This document shows positions 45,141 through 54,244 of a stretch of DNA of 64,000 nt, piece after piece. The first letter of the stretch is position 1, and the number at the start of each line of letters is the position of its first letter. The stretch is from Spirochaetales bacterium (GTDB lineage Bacteria; Bacillota; Clostridia; Christensenellales; UBA1242). Location of the stretch: positions 75,264-139,263 of the forward strand of contig JBFXFT010000003.1 of the NCBI GenBank assembly GCA_050178795.1. The letters run 5' to 3'. The position numbers were made by a program, and so were the translations under genes. Under the pieces are notes generated by a model, which made no database searches, had not been told where the DNA came from, and was given only the letters and a program-made list of their open reading frames with translations.

Positions 45141-45929
45141 TTACCAGTTTTCATCAACATCTGCTTTTTTAGGTATTTTTATTCCCTCTGCTGGTGCTGG
45201 TTCAACATCGTCTAAATTTACTTTTTCGGCTGGCTCTTCTTTTGCTGTAGCAACTGGAACTTCTTTTTCGCTTTGAGCAGCAAGTTTTTCTTCTTTAACT
45301 TGCTCTTTTTTTAAGCGGTCAGCCTCTTTTTTCTTTTGTTTTTCCTCTTTTAGGCTTTGCCTCTTTTGCTCTTCTTCTTGCTTCTTTATTTGCAATTTTT
45401 CGGCTTCCTCTTTCTTTTGCCTTGCGTACTCTTCAGCCTCTTTTTCCTTTTGTTTTAAGTAGGCAATGTTTTCACGCTCTTTGCGCTCTTCCTCTTCTAT
45501 CATAAGTAGGTAATTTTGTTTGGTCCTATTGCCAACCATTTTTAAACCAAGTTCACGCCTTACCAAAATTTCAAACTCAGTAAACGCAACTCTTTTACCT
45601 ATAATAAACCCAGAGACAATTTTGTCATAGGCTTGAATTAACTTTATGTCCGCCATAACTGCGTACAGTTTATTGTATACAGCATCAAGTTCTGGCGCAA
45701 AAGTTTTATAATCAATTGCCCTGCTTGATTCTAACCTATTTAACAAGTTAAATGCTTCAACCATAACCTCTGCTTTTTCAGTTCTAGTATCGTCTTTTAA
45801 TGAAACTATCTTTATTAGTGTCTTTTTTACCCTACTGCCCACTATGAAAACTACAACGATGCTGACTATTGCAAGTACGCCCGCAAAAGCGGCACCGTAA
45901 TCTCTTACATATTGTAAAATAACATCCAT
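45141..45929 (-). CDS. membrane-anchored Lys/Glu-rich coiled-coil protein
   Basis: N-terminal TM AAFAGVLAIVSIVVVFIVG and a C-terminal low-complexity KEEKQKK region. Confidence 0.7.
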   Translation of the reverse strand: MDVILQYVRDYGAAFAGVLAIVSIVVVFIVGSRVKKTLIKIVSLKDDTRTEKAEVMVEAFNLLNRLESSRAIDYKTFAPELDAVYNKLYAVMADIKLIQAYDKIVSGFIIGKRVAFTEFEILVRRELGLKMVGNRTKQNYLLMIEEEERKERENIAYLKQKEKEAEEYARQKKEEAEKLQIKKQEEEQKRQSLKEEKQKKKEADRLKKEQVKEEKLAAQSEKEVPVATAKEEPAEKVNLDDVEPAPAEGIKIPKKADVDENW

Positions 45930-46017
45930 CTAAATTATACCCCCTAATTTACTTATATTAAAATTGTAGCACAAAGCAAAAAAATTAGTATCAATTAAAT
46001 TGCAAAATATTTTTGTG

Positions 46018-46947
46018 CTATTTTTTAACTGCCTTTTCGGTATTTCGTTTATCTTGAATAATTGCTATATGTTTTTTATCAATTAGTTTTACGCCATTTT
46101 CTTTTGCCCAAGTTATAGCGTTATTTAAAGTGTTATTTAAAAACATTTTTGGTACTTTAATAAGTTTTTTGCAAGCGCTTTTTGTAAACCTTACTTCTTT
46201 GTCTAATGTGTTTGCAATATACATAACTTCTTCAACTTTTTCGCCACGAGCCTGTATTTTTTCGGCATAAGGAGACCTAAACTCGCCCATCCAGAAATTT
46301 TTGTTGTCCCTGTAACCATAATTAATAGGTATTTTAGGAAAACTGTTTCTATAAACGTCGTCTATTAATGGTTGTCTGTATCTTGGTTGCATTAAAATTT
46401 TATCCACTCTTAAAATAAAGTGTGCGCCAGTATGGCTAGTTATGCCATTAAAATCTTTATATGGCTCGCTATAATGTTCCTCAATTTTAGTGTTCTCTGC
46501 TCCGTCAAGTTCCCTTACCCAACTGCACTCAAAAACCTGAAAACTTTCCTCAATAATTTGTGGAAACTTTTGGTCTTTATGTTCCTCGCTCATAAGTCCA
46601 TCGGTCAAAGTAAAAATACAATCCTTCATTTTTTGCTCTGTCGTCTCACCTGGGAAGCCGAGCCTAACACTCTCTTTTAAATATCTTTTATTGTCTGGAA
46701 TAAAGTTTAAACTAATCTTTCCGTCCCTTATTAGGTTTTTTGCAGTATTTGAATTGTTGCGCGTGATAAGCATAAACGAAAAATACTCCCTGCCACCTAC
46801 ATAGTAAGGAAAAACCAAAGAATAAGTACCCAAATTTGTAATGCCGCTCTCGTCAAGCGTGCCACAAAGCACGATAGGCATAGGAAAATAACTGCTCGTT
46901 TGGTAAAAATTGTTTACAATACGCAAATTTTCTAGTTTTGTCTTCAT
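46018..46947 (-). CDS. hypothetical protein; possible flavin-reductase-like N-domain and PCP-reductase-like C-terminal helix domain
   Basis: The start is at MKTKLEN after GAGGTG. The C-terminal FTKSACKKLIKVPKMFLNNTLNNAITWAKENGVKLI resembles the small helical domain found at the C-terminus of protochlorophyllide reductase subunit B (from memory). The N-domain call is weak. Confidence 0.55.
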   Translation of the reverse strand: MKTKLENLRIVNNFYQTSSYFPMPIVLCGTLDESGITNLGTYSLVFPYYVGGREYFSFMLITRNNSNTAKNLIRDGKISLNFIPDNKRYLKESVRLGFPGETTEQKMKDCIFTLTDGLMSEEHKDQKFPQIIEESFQVFECSWVRELDGAENTKIEEHYSEPYKDFNGITSHTGAHFILRVDKILMQPRYRQPLIDDVYRNSFPKIPINYGYRDNKNFWMGEFRSPYAEKIQARGEKVEEVMYIANTLDKEVRFTKSACKKLIKVPKMFLNNTLNNAITWAKENGVKLIDKKHIAIIQDKRNTEKAVKK

Positions 46948-47231
46948 AAATTGCACCTCATCAATATGTATAAGTTTAATTTATTTTGTGTTTTGTAGCA
47001 AATAAAAGTCCTACGCTAAAACGAAAAAATACAAAAATTGACAACAAAATACTATATTTATTGTCATTATTTTTTTATTTGACTTATTTAAAATGTTTTG
47101 CAAAACAATAAAATATGGTACAATATTATATAAAGTGGACTTATAAATTGAATTACAAAGTAAATTTAATATTAATTTACTTGTTTTTTGATTAAAAATA
47201 CTGTCAAAAAATATGGGGAGGTTCAAGGTTT

Positions 47232-47729
47232 ATGGATACTTTATATTTAATAAAAAACAGAAAAAACGTTTTTCATTTTAATAAAAAAGAAGTTGACGCT
47301 GGTATGCTTGCCGAAATTTTGAACTGTGCCAGAGTAACCCCAACCAACGAATATGAACAAGTATGGAAGTTTATTATTATAAAAAACAAAGACATGAAGA
47401 GCAAAATATCGCAAATTGTGGGGCTTGATTACATATTTGAGTGCAACGTACTAATTGCCGTATTCAGTGAAGATAGAAAATTTAAACGAGAATATGCTGC
47501 CTCTGCAGTAGAAGCCATGACAATAGCAGCAAATGCAAATGGCATAGGTGTAAATTGGCAAATATGCTATGGCGAGAAATATGCAAAACAAATTGAGGCG
47601 CTTTTAGACTCGCCAGAACAACTTAGACTTATGAGCCTAGTTACGCTTGGTTATTATGATTTTATTAGCCCAGTATTTAAAACTATTCCGTCTTTAAGCG
47701 AAATAATAGCATACGAAAAATTTAAATAG
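47232..47729 (+). CDS. nitroreductase family protein
   Basis: RKNVFHFNKKEV...LNCARVTPTNEYEQVWKFIII matches the N-terminal nitroreductase pattern. Confidence 0.8.
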   Translation: MDTLYLIKNRKNVFHFNKKEVDAGMLAEILNCARVTPTNEYEQVWKFIIIKNKDMKSKISQIVGLDYIFECNVLIAVFSEDRKFKREYAASAVEAMTIAANANGIGVNWQICYGEKYAKQIEALLDSPEQLRLMSLVTLGYYDFISPVFKTIPSLSEIIAYEKFK

Positions 47730-47736
47730 AGCAAAT

Positions 47737-47768
47737 AAAAAAAGGCTGTAAAACTTACAGCCTTTTTT
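47737..47768. terminator. bidirectional terminator
   Basis: aaggctgta-aaact-tacagcctt plus a T-run. Confidence 0.7.
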
Positions 47769-47769
47769 G

Positions 47770-48240
47770 TTATTCTGCTACATAAGGGTTTTCGTCAGCG
47801 CTTGGGTCAACTTGTTGAAACTCGTAAGCCGCTGAATAAATTGAATTTTGGAAGGTCAACGAATTGGCTTTGACTTTAAATGAGTAATTACTATCTGTAG
47901 TTATGTAACTGCTAATATCAAACTCAACCCTACCTAGTTCTGTGTTTATGGTAAACATATTCACAGTTACAAATAAGTAATATAGCGAGTCGCTAGTTCT
48001 GTTTAAAACCTCCACCGTATAGTTCTCTGCGTTTTCGGTTTCGTCCCACGCTAATGTGCTATTATCTTCCAACATTGCCAAATTTATTGGGGCGCTCAAC
48101 ACAACCTCCCTTGGAATAAGGTAGTTATAAGTCAAAAAATACGCGCCAATAGAAGAGCCTATTACAAACAATATAATAAGCAAAATAAGTAGTGGTTTTT
48201 TGCCAATTTCAATTTTTTCGTCTTGAACCGCCTCTGCCAT
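47770..48240 (-). CDS. membrane-anchored protein with a single Fn3-like module of the giant-lipoprotein type
   Basis: The start is at MAEAVQ after GAGGTG, followed by one TM. LSAPINLAMLEDNSTLAWDETENAENYTVEV...YSFKVKANS matches the module consensus of 4146-9833. Confidence 0.7.
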   Translation of the reverse strand: MAEAVQDEKIEIGKKPLLILLIILFVIGSSIGAYFLTYNYLIPREVVLSAPINLAMLEDNSTLAWDETENAENYTVEVLNRTSDSLYYLFVTVNMFTINTELGRVEFDISSYITTDSNYSFKVKANSLTFQNSIYSAAYEFQQVDPSADENPYVAE

Positions 48241-48383
48241 ATTGCACACCTCTATCAGTTTAATGATATCAGTTTTAAAAACAATAGTCAATTTGCAACA
48301 AATAGATTTTAATAAATTTTTAATAGCCTTTTTGTACAAATTTTGCTATTATTAATTTGAATAAAGAATAAAGAGGGTAAATA

Positions 48384-49217
48384 ATGTCAACAATTTTAGA
48401 CGGAAAAAGTTTAAGCAAGAATATAGAAACTGCCTTAATTGAGAGGGTTGCAGCACTAAAAGAGCGCCTTTTGTTTACACCAAAACTTGCAACTATTTTG
48501 GTTGGCGATGACGAATCAAGCGTAACTTATGTCAGTATGAAGGCTCGTGCTTGCAAGAGAATTGGGCTAGAAAGTCTTTCAATTAAAATGCCAAAGGAAA
48601 CTTCAACAGAAGAATTACTTGCAAAAATAGAAGAATTAAATAAAGATAAAACAGTTTGCGGAATTTTGTTGCAACACCCAACGCCAAAGCAAATAGATGA
48701 AACTGCATGCTTTAACAAAATTTTAGAAAGTAAAGATGTGGACGGCGTAAACACAAACAATTTTGGTAAAATTGCTATGGGTATAGATGCTTTTAAACCA
48801 GCAACCCCTCTTGGCATAATGATGCTACTTAAACATTATAACATAAATGTTTCTGGCAAAAATGCAGTAGTAATAGGTCGCAGTCAAATACTCGGCAAAC
48901 CTATTGCAAGCCTACTGTTAAATGAAGACGCAACCGTTACCATTTGTCACTCAAAGACGCAGGCTCTAAACAAAATTTTAAAGACGGCAGACATAGTTGT
49001 TGCCGCTGTAGGCATACCAAACTTTATTAAAAGCAAAAGCCTTAAAAGAGGTGTAATTGTTATAGATGCTGGCTACAACGCAGGCAACGTTGGAGATGTT
49101 GACCCATATAAAATTGATAAAGTGTCTAGTTACTATACACCAGTTCCCGGTGGAGTTGGTCCCATGACAATAGCGGCACTACTAACTCAAACAGTTGAAG
49201 CGGCCGAAAAACTTTAA
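48384..49217 (+). CDS. folD: bifunctional methylenetetrahydrofolate dehydrogenase/cyclohydrolase
   Basis: LATILVGDDESSVTYVSMKARAC, DVDG, and GRSQILGKPIA...PVPGGVGPMT. Confidence 0.95.
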   Translation: MSTILDGKSLSKNIETALIERVAALKERLLFTPKLATILVGDDESSVTYVSMKARACKRIGLESLSIKMPKETSTEELLAKIEELNKDKTVCGILLQHPTPKQIDETACFNKILESKDVDGVNTNNFGKIAMGIDAFKPATPLGIMMLLKHYNINVSGKNAVVIGRSQILGKPIASLLLNEDATVTICHSKTQALNKILKTADIVVAAVGIPNFIKSKSLKRGVIVIDAGYNAGNVGDVDPYKIDKVSSYYTPVPGGVGPMTIAALLTQTVEAAEKL

Positions 49218-49238
49218 TTTTATAATTTCATTGCAAAC

Positions 49239-49268
49239 AAAAAAACGACTACTAAAAGTCGTTTTTTA
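49239..49268. terminator. bidirectional terminator
   Basis: aacgact-actaaa-agtcgtt plus a T-run. Confidence 0.7.
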
Positions 49269-49283
49269 TTTTATTAACATAGA

Positions 49284-51155
49284 TTAATCCTCAGTATTTG
49301 GAAGTTTCATACTTATGGCTTCTTTCTTTTTTTCCATCATTCTATCCATCTTTACTTCGTAGTTATGATTTATTATTGCCGTGCCAACAATCATGATTGT
49401 AATTGTAATAGATAGACCTAAAACCCAGTAGAATAGTGCCGTCTTTGTGAAAGATATGTTTTCAAACGAAATGCCAAGTGTTTGATAAGTATAGCCAGTA
49501 GATAACGAATAGTTAGCGACAGATTCGCCCTTATAGTCTGTAATTGTAAGCACTGGTTCTCCATCAATTTGAAGGTATAGATATTTTATTTGATAACCCG
49601 AATTTGCCTTAATGTAGTATGTAGGAGATGTTGTTTCGTCATAGTAATAAATTAAATTTGCAGTGCTTGTAGTTACTGTCATATTGTCATAAGTGCCACC
49701 TGCGTTTAAAATTTGTACGTTTACGCCAAAGTTGCCAACGTATTTTAATACAGGGTAACTATTATTTATTTTGCCAGAAAAAGCCCAATAGTTGTCCATA
49801 TTCCAAGCATCGCCAGAATTATAAGTCGTCTTTTGCTTCATAAGAGCAGTTGTTTGACCAATAATATCGCTTGTTGAGCCGTCTTCAACGCCTATACCTA
49901 TGTTGTCAAAACTTAAAGGCATGTTCGTTTCTTCTGGCTCATTCTTGTCATAATAACAGTAAAGTGCGTTTCCTAAAGTGTCTAATTTTCCAACTATTGC
50001 ACCAAGCATATTGGATTCTTTACCCTCTGTAAAACTTACATCTATTGAACTGGCGTTGTAACTGTAAAATAGTGCATAACTTTCTTTTAATTGTCCTATA
50101 AGTCCACCGACCATCGCTGTATTTAATTCACCAGTATGATTTACTGTTATATCTCCGACATTGTAAGTATATTCCATATTATATTGTTGTGTTGGTGCGT
50201 TTGTAAGTTCGCCGTACACACCAGCAATTCCGCCCACATAGACTTCAAGTGATGAAGTACAAGTTATGTCTCCCTCATTAAAATCTTTCCTTGCGGTAGA
50301 GTTCTCTATTGCTCCTGCCAATCCGCCGACGTATAAAACATCGCTTGAACTGGCAACTATTGTTCCTCTATTAAAACATTTTTCAATATCGCTGTTAATA
50401 AGTCTACCTGCTACACCTCCAACGTAAGCCTCGCCAGTAACGGTAAGGACTGAAACATCAACAGAGGAGGCAACACTTTCGCCATTCAAATTTTCAGCAT
50501 AGCCAAATACTCCAGCGACATCAACTAACCTTGAACTTGAACGAAGAGTAATATCGCCATAAGTCCTTACATCGTTAACTGTGCTGTATTTGCAAACTCC
50601 TGCTAAACCACCTATTTCGTAACTGTCTCCTGCTACTCCGTAGTCGCCAGTTAAATTTATTAATGTCCTTTTTAATTTTAAGTTTTCAATGGTCGCACCT
50701 TGCACATAGCCAAATAGACCAACATAGCGACTTGCTAAAAGCAAATTATTTGTTATGTCTAAATCGTAAACACTATGCCCATTTCCATTAAAATTGCCTG
50801 TAAATGCCGTTGTAATATCGCCAGAATTGTAATTTCCTATTGGCGTCCATTCATAGTCTTCTAAGTAAATGTCTTGTGTCAATTCAAAATACTTGTTGCC
50901 AGTTAAATTGCCAGCATTGACCTCGCTCGCTACCCATGCAAGTTCTTCTGGACTAGTTATTAAATATGGGGTTGACTCACTTCCATCACCAGAAAGTGGC
51001 GCACTTGTAGTAGAGCCGTCCCAAGCCATAACGGTTATGCCGCTATTACTCAAAAAAAACATATTTGTATTTATTGCCAAAAATAAAGTAATTACAATAG
51101 ATACAAATAAAAGTTTTATTAAACTAAACTGATTGGTTTTGTTTTTAATCATCAT
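49284..51155 (-). CDS. GLUG-repeat surface protein with N-terminal signal/anchor and C-terminal TM
   Basis: GSESTPYLITSPEELAWVA...FTGNFNGNGHSVYDL...VGLFGYV, then about six (Y/M)VGG(I/L/V)AG repeats. This is the same architecture as the C-terminus of 4146-9833. A TM lies near residue 585. Confidence 0.9.
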   Translation of the reverse strand: MMIKNKTNQFSLIKLLFVSIVITLFLAINTNMFFLSNSGITVMAWDGSTTSAPLSGDGSESTPYLITSPEELAWVASEVNAGNLTGNKYFELTQDIYLEDYEWTPIGNYNSGDITTAFTGNFNGNGHSVYDLDITNNLLLASRYVGLFGYVQGATIENLKLKRTLINLTGDYGVAGDSYEIGGLAGVCKYSTVNDVRTYGDITLRSSSRLVDVAGVFGYAENLNGESVASSVDVSVLTVTGEAYVGGVAGRLINSDIEKCFNRGTIVASSSDVLYVGGLAGAIENSTARKDFNEGDITCTSSLEVYVGGIAGVYGELTNAPTQQYNMEYTYNVGDITVNHTGELNTAMVGGLIGQLKESYALFYSYNASSIDVSFTEGKESNMLGAIVGKLDTLGNALYCYYDKNEPEETNMPLSFDNIGIGVEDGSTSDIIGQTTALMKQKTTYNSGDAWNMDNYWAFSGKINNSYPVLKYVGNFGVNVQILNAGGTYDNMTVTTSTANLIYYYDETTSPTYYIKANSGYQIKYLYLQIDGEPVLTITDYKGESVANYSLSTGYTYQTLGISFENISFTKTALFYWVLGLSITITIMIVGTAIINHNYEVKMDRMMEKKKEAISMKLPNTED

Positions 51156-51370
51156 GTACTTCCTTAATAAAATTGTTAATGTACTACCTATATTATAGCC
51201 AACTATAATTAAATAATCAAACCATATTTAAATTTATATTCGTTTTTTATAGTATTTTTACTAAAAAAATAAACCCCTACAATCTTTTAAATTTTACCAA
51301 TAAAAATCTTTTTAGTTTTGTTTTAAAGTTATATGCATACAAATGCAAAAATAAAATGGAGGGGATTAAT

Positions 51371-52222
51371 ATGAAAAAATTACTTGTACTTATGTTGCCA
51401 CTTGCCATTGCTGGCGGGCTTATGGGTAACAAAATTGTAAGTAATGCACAAAGTTCAACGTTAGATACCGCTATATATGCTAGTTCTGGTGAACAAGACA
51501 ACAACGGTCAACAAACTCACACTTCAAATAGATATCAATATAGATTGCTTGAAGAAGATGCTGAATTTGCTGGGTTAACCACACAAGAAAAAATTGCTGC
51601 TTGCACTCAAGAACAAACAGAGTTGAAGGCAGAATTACTAGAAGCTCAAGCAAACTTAGATGCACTACTTGCCATAGATACCACTAACTACACCGAGGAG
51701 GAGTTAGCAAGTTATAATGAGCAAGTCGCAGAATTAGAAGCACAAATAGCAGAAATTGAAGAAGCACAATTATTTATGCAAACCCGTACAAGGTTAATGC
51801 AAGGTAAACTTTCAAGAGAACAATTTGAAAACAGTGTTAGGGTAACAGCAGAATTTACTGAAGACGGCTTACTACAACAAAACCTATATCGTTATTATGA
51901 AAGTCGTGCAGGTTACGCCTTTGGTGAAACCTCAATGGTAGAGGAAAGACTTTGTGAGCTTGAAGCACAAATGACTCTACTTGAAAATGACCTAGCAGAG
52001 TTATATGCTATGGATACTACTAACTTCACGGAGGAAGAGTTAGCAAACTATAACGCAACAATAGCAGACCTTGAAGCACAAATAATAGCGTTAAATGAAG
52101 AGTTTATGCCACTTAACAATACTTTCCGTACAATGACGAGAGCAATAATTAAGGCAAGCATAAAAGTTAATGCAACCTTTAGCAAACAAACAAAATATGG
52201 AATCGTAGCAGTAGCAGAATAA
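51371..52222 (+). CDS. secreted coiled-coil protein with duplicated DTTN(Y/F)TEEELAxYN motif
   Basis: Signal peptide MKKLLVLMLPLAIAGG after GGAGGGG. Two copies of ...DTTNYTEEELASYNEQVAELEAQI / DTTNFTEEELANYNATIADLEAQI. Confidence 0.8.
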   Translation: MKKLLVLMLPLAIAGGLMGNKIVSNAQSSTLDTAIYASSGEQDNNGQQTHTSNRYQYRLLEEDAEFAGLTTQEKIAACTQEQTELKAELLEAQANLDALLAIDTTNYTEEELASYNEQVAELEAQIAEIEEAQLFMQTRTRLMQGKLSREQFENSVRVTAEFTEDGLLQQNLYRYYESRAGYAFGETSMVEERLCELEAQMTLLENDLAELYAMDTTNFTEEELANYNATIADLEAQIIALNEEFMPLNNTFRTMTRAIIKASIKVNATFSKQTKYGIVAVAE

Positions 52223-52250
52223 GACGGTAAATTAAAAATTTTTAAAAAGG

Positions 52251-52276
52251 CTTGCAATTTATTTGCAAGTTTTTTT
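52251..52276 (+). terminator. rho-independent terminator
   Basis: cttgcaa-tttat-ttgcaag plus a T-run. Confidence 0.65.
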
Positions 52277-52415
52277 ATTTATAGATAAAATTATAGTCGT
52301 TATATATTAATAACAATTAAAAAAATTACCAATAAAATTGTAAACTGAGTTGTTTAAAATAATGTAAACACAAAAAATCAGTTTTACAAAATAACGTAAA
52401 TGGAGGAAAAAATTT

Positions 52416-53540
52416 ATGAAAAAAATAGTTGCAGTTATAGTGGCTATTGCTCTAGTTGCAGGAGGCTTTGCAGCATACTTGGTATTTGGTACAGCAAGTG
52501 CAAGTTTAGGTTATGTTAGTGTAGACATAAACCCAAGCGTACAATTTATTTTAAATAGCGACGATGAAGTTGTGGGCGTAACAGCATCAAATGATGATGG
52601 CGAAACAATTTTACTAGGCGTTACCGATGAATTAATTGGTATGGATATTGAGGACGCAACGCAAAGAATTGTTGAACTAGCACTAGAATATGGTTACTTG
52701 GATCCAGATGCTTTAGCAACTGACCCTAATGCCGTTACTATTACAACAATGTTGGAAACACAAAATACACGTCTACAAGACCAACTAAGGGAGAGAATTA
52801 GAACACACCTTGAAGAATTCTTCAAAAACAATGGTATATTCGGAGTAGTTATGACAGACCTAGATATGCAAGATGTCATTACAGAGGCTACTGAACTTGG
52901 TATTAGCGCTGGTGAGTTAAAACTTATTAGAAGCGTACAAGCCGCTTACCCAGATTTAACTACAGAAGAATTACTTGACACATCAGTAAAAGATATGATG
53001 GATATGTTAAGAGAAGCAAGCGGAATTGAAAGTTATGTAGATAGACTTGAAGCTCAAATTGAAGATGCTCAAGCAGCAGTTGATACTCTTACTGCACAAA
53101 TTGCAGACAAAACCGCTGACCTAGACACAGCAACCGCTAACCTAGCTACACTACAAGGAACAGATACTTCTAGTTACACTACAGAAGAATTAGCTACTTA
53201 CGATGCACAAGTTCTAGCACTTCAAACAGAGATTGCTACTCTAACAACAGAAATTGCAGACCTAAATACAAGCCTAACTGAAGCAACAACCCTTTTAGAT
53301 GATTTACAAACAACTTATCAAGAAAGAGAAGCTTACATGGACGGACTTGTAGCACAAGCGCAAATTAGAAAACAAGCTGCTTTGCAAAAATACACTGACT
53401 GGCTAGCAAACAAAGAGCAAAGAGCTCAAAACATTGCTAATCAATGGGAACAATTTCAAAACAGTTTAACAGACGAGCAAGTTGATTCTATACTAGATTA
53501 TTTTCACAATATTTGGAATTCTGGTAGTTCAGCTGATTAA
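52416..53540 (+). CDS. membrane-anchored protein: anti-sigma-ectodomain-like module plus coiled coil
   Basis: N-terminal TM, GYVSVDINPSVQFILNSDDEVVGVTASNDDGETIL (paralogous to the anti-sigma factor at 54245-55177), then a coiled coil with DTSSYTTEELATYDAQVLALQTEI. Confidence 0.85.
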   Translation: MKKIVAVIVAIALVAGGFAAYLVFGTASASLGYVSVDINPSVQFILNSDDEVVGVTASNDDGETILLGVTDELIGMDIEDATQRIVELALEYGYLDPDALATDPNAVTITTMLETQNTRLQDQLRERIRTHLEEFFKNNGIFGVVMTDLDMQDVITEATELGISAGELKLIRSVQAAYPDLTTEELLDTSVKDMMDMLREASGIESYVDRLEAQIEDAQAAVDTLTAQIADKTADLDTATANLATLQGTDTSSYTTEELATYDAQVLALQTEIATLTTEIADLNTSLTEATTLLDDLQTTYQEREAYMDGLVAQAQIRKQAALQKYTDWLANKEQRAQNIANQWEQFQNSLTDEQVDSILDYFHNIWNSGSSAD

Positions 53541-53562
53541 ACAATAACAATTTAATAAAAAG

Positions 53563-53592
53563 GAGGTTGTACTTTACTACAATCTCTTTTTT
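53563..53592 (+). terminator. rho-independent terminator
   Basis: gaggttgta-ctttac-tacaatctc (one G-U pair) plus tttttt. Confidence 0.65.
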
Positions 53593-53660
53593 GTTTTACC
53601 AATAAATTTGCTTTTTTATTTGTTAATTTTATATAACCAAAAGTTTTGTGCTGCTTTTGT

Positions 53661-53689
53661 TTGTTAAGTTTGAAAGGTTTTGATAGAAT
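53661..53689 (+). promoter_or_regulatory. sigma70-like promoter upstream of the ECF sigma gene
   Basis: TTGTTA-17 nt-TAGAAT, 30 nt before the TTG start. Confidence 0.45.
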
Positions 53690-53718
53690 GGAGTTATGAA
53701 TAAAAGAGGTAAAAACAT

Positions 53719-54240
53719 TTGCTAGACAAAAACCTTTTAGAAAACAATATGCAAAAAATGCAAACAGGCAGTGAAGAAGCTTTTGAGGTGGTTTATAACA
53801 TAACCCGCAAGAAAGTGTTTTTTGTCATACTATCAATAATTAAAGACTATGGGCTAGCAGAAGAACTAATGCAAGATACTTACATTAAAATAAGGCAAAC
53901 AATAGGCTCTTATAAAATAGATACCAACGCTAGTGCCTGGATTATTACAATAGCAAAAAACATAGCAATAAACGCATACAACAGACGAAAGCATGAAGTG
54001 ATAAGTGCAGATGCAGAAAACGAGTATTTATTCTATTCTAAAACTGAAGAAACGGTTTTAAACAATATGATGTTAAAAAAACTGCTTAATCACCTAGACG
54101 AAGACGAAAGACAAATAGTAATTCTTTACAGTATGGGTTACAAACACAGAGAAATAGCAAAGGAGTTACAAAAACCACTTGGAACAGTGCTTTGGATTTA
54201 TAACAAAGCAATAAAAAAACTAAAAAACATTGGAGAATAA
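53719..54240 (+). CDS. ECF-type RNA polymerase sigma-70 family factor
   Basis: Region 2 AFEVVYNITRKKVFFVILSIIKDYGLAEELMQDTYIKI and region 4 HTH REIAKELQKPLGTVLWIYNKAIKKL. It has a TTG start 8 nt after AGAGGT. Confidence 0.9.
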   Translation: MLDKNLLENNMQKMQTGSEEAFEVVYNITRKKVFFVILSIIKDYGLAEELMQDTYIKIRQTIGSYKIDTNASAWIITIAKNIAINAYNRRKHEVISADAENEYLFYSKTEETVLNNMMLKKLLNHLDEDERQIVILYSMGYKHREIAKELQKPLGTVLWIYNKAIKKLKNIGE

Positions 54241-54244
54241 AAAA

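Noticed and set aside
45141-45929. Lys/Glu-rich protein as a possible phage or toxin component
   Set aside because: The sequence is a TM anchor plus a low-complexity charged coiled coil. There is no diagnostic motif and no phage context, so it is kept as a hypothetical membrane protein only.
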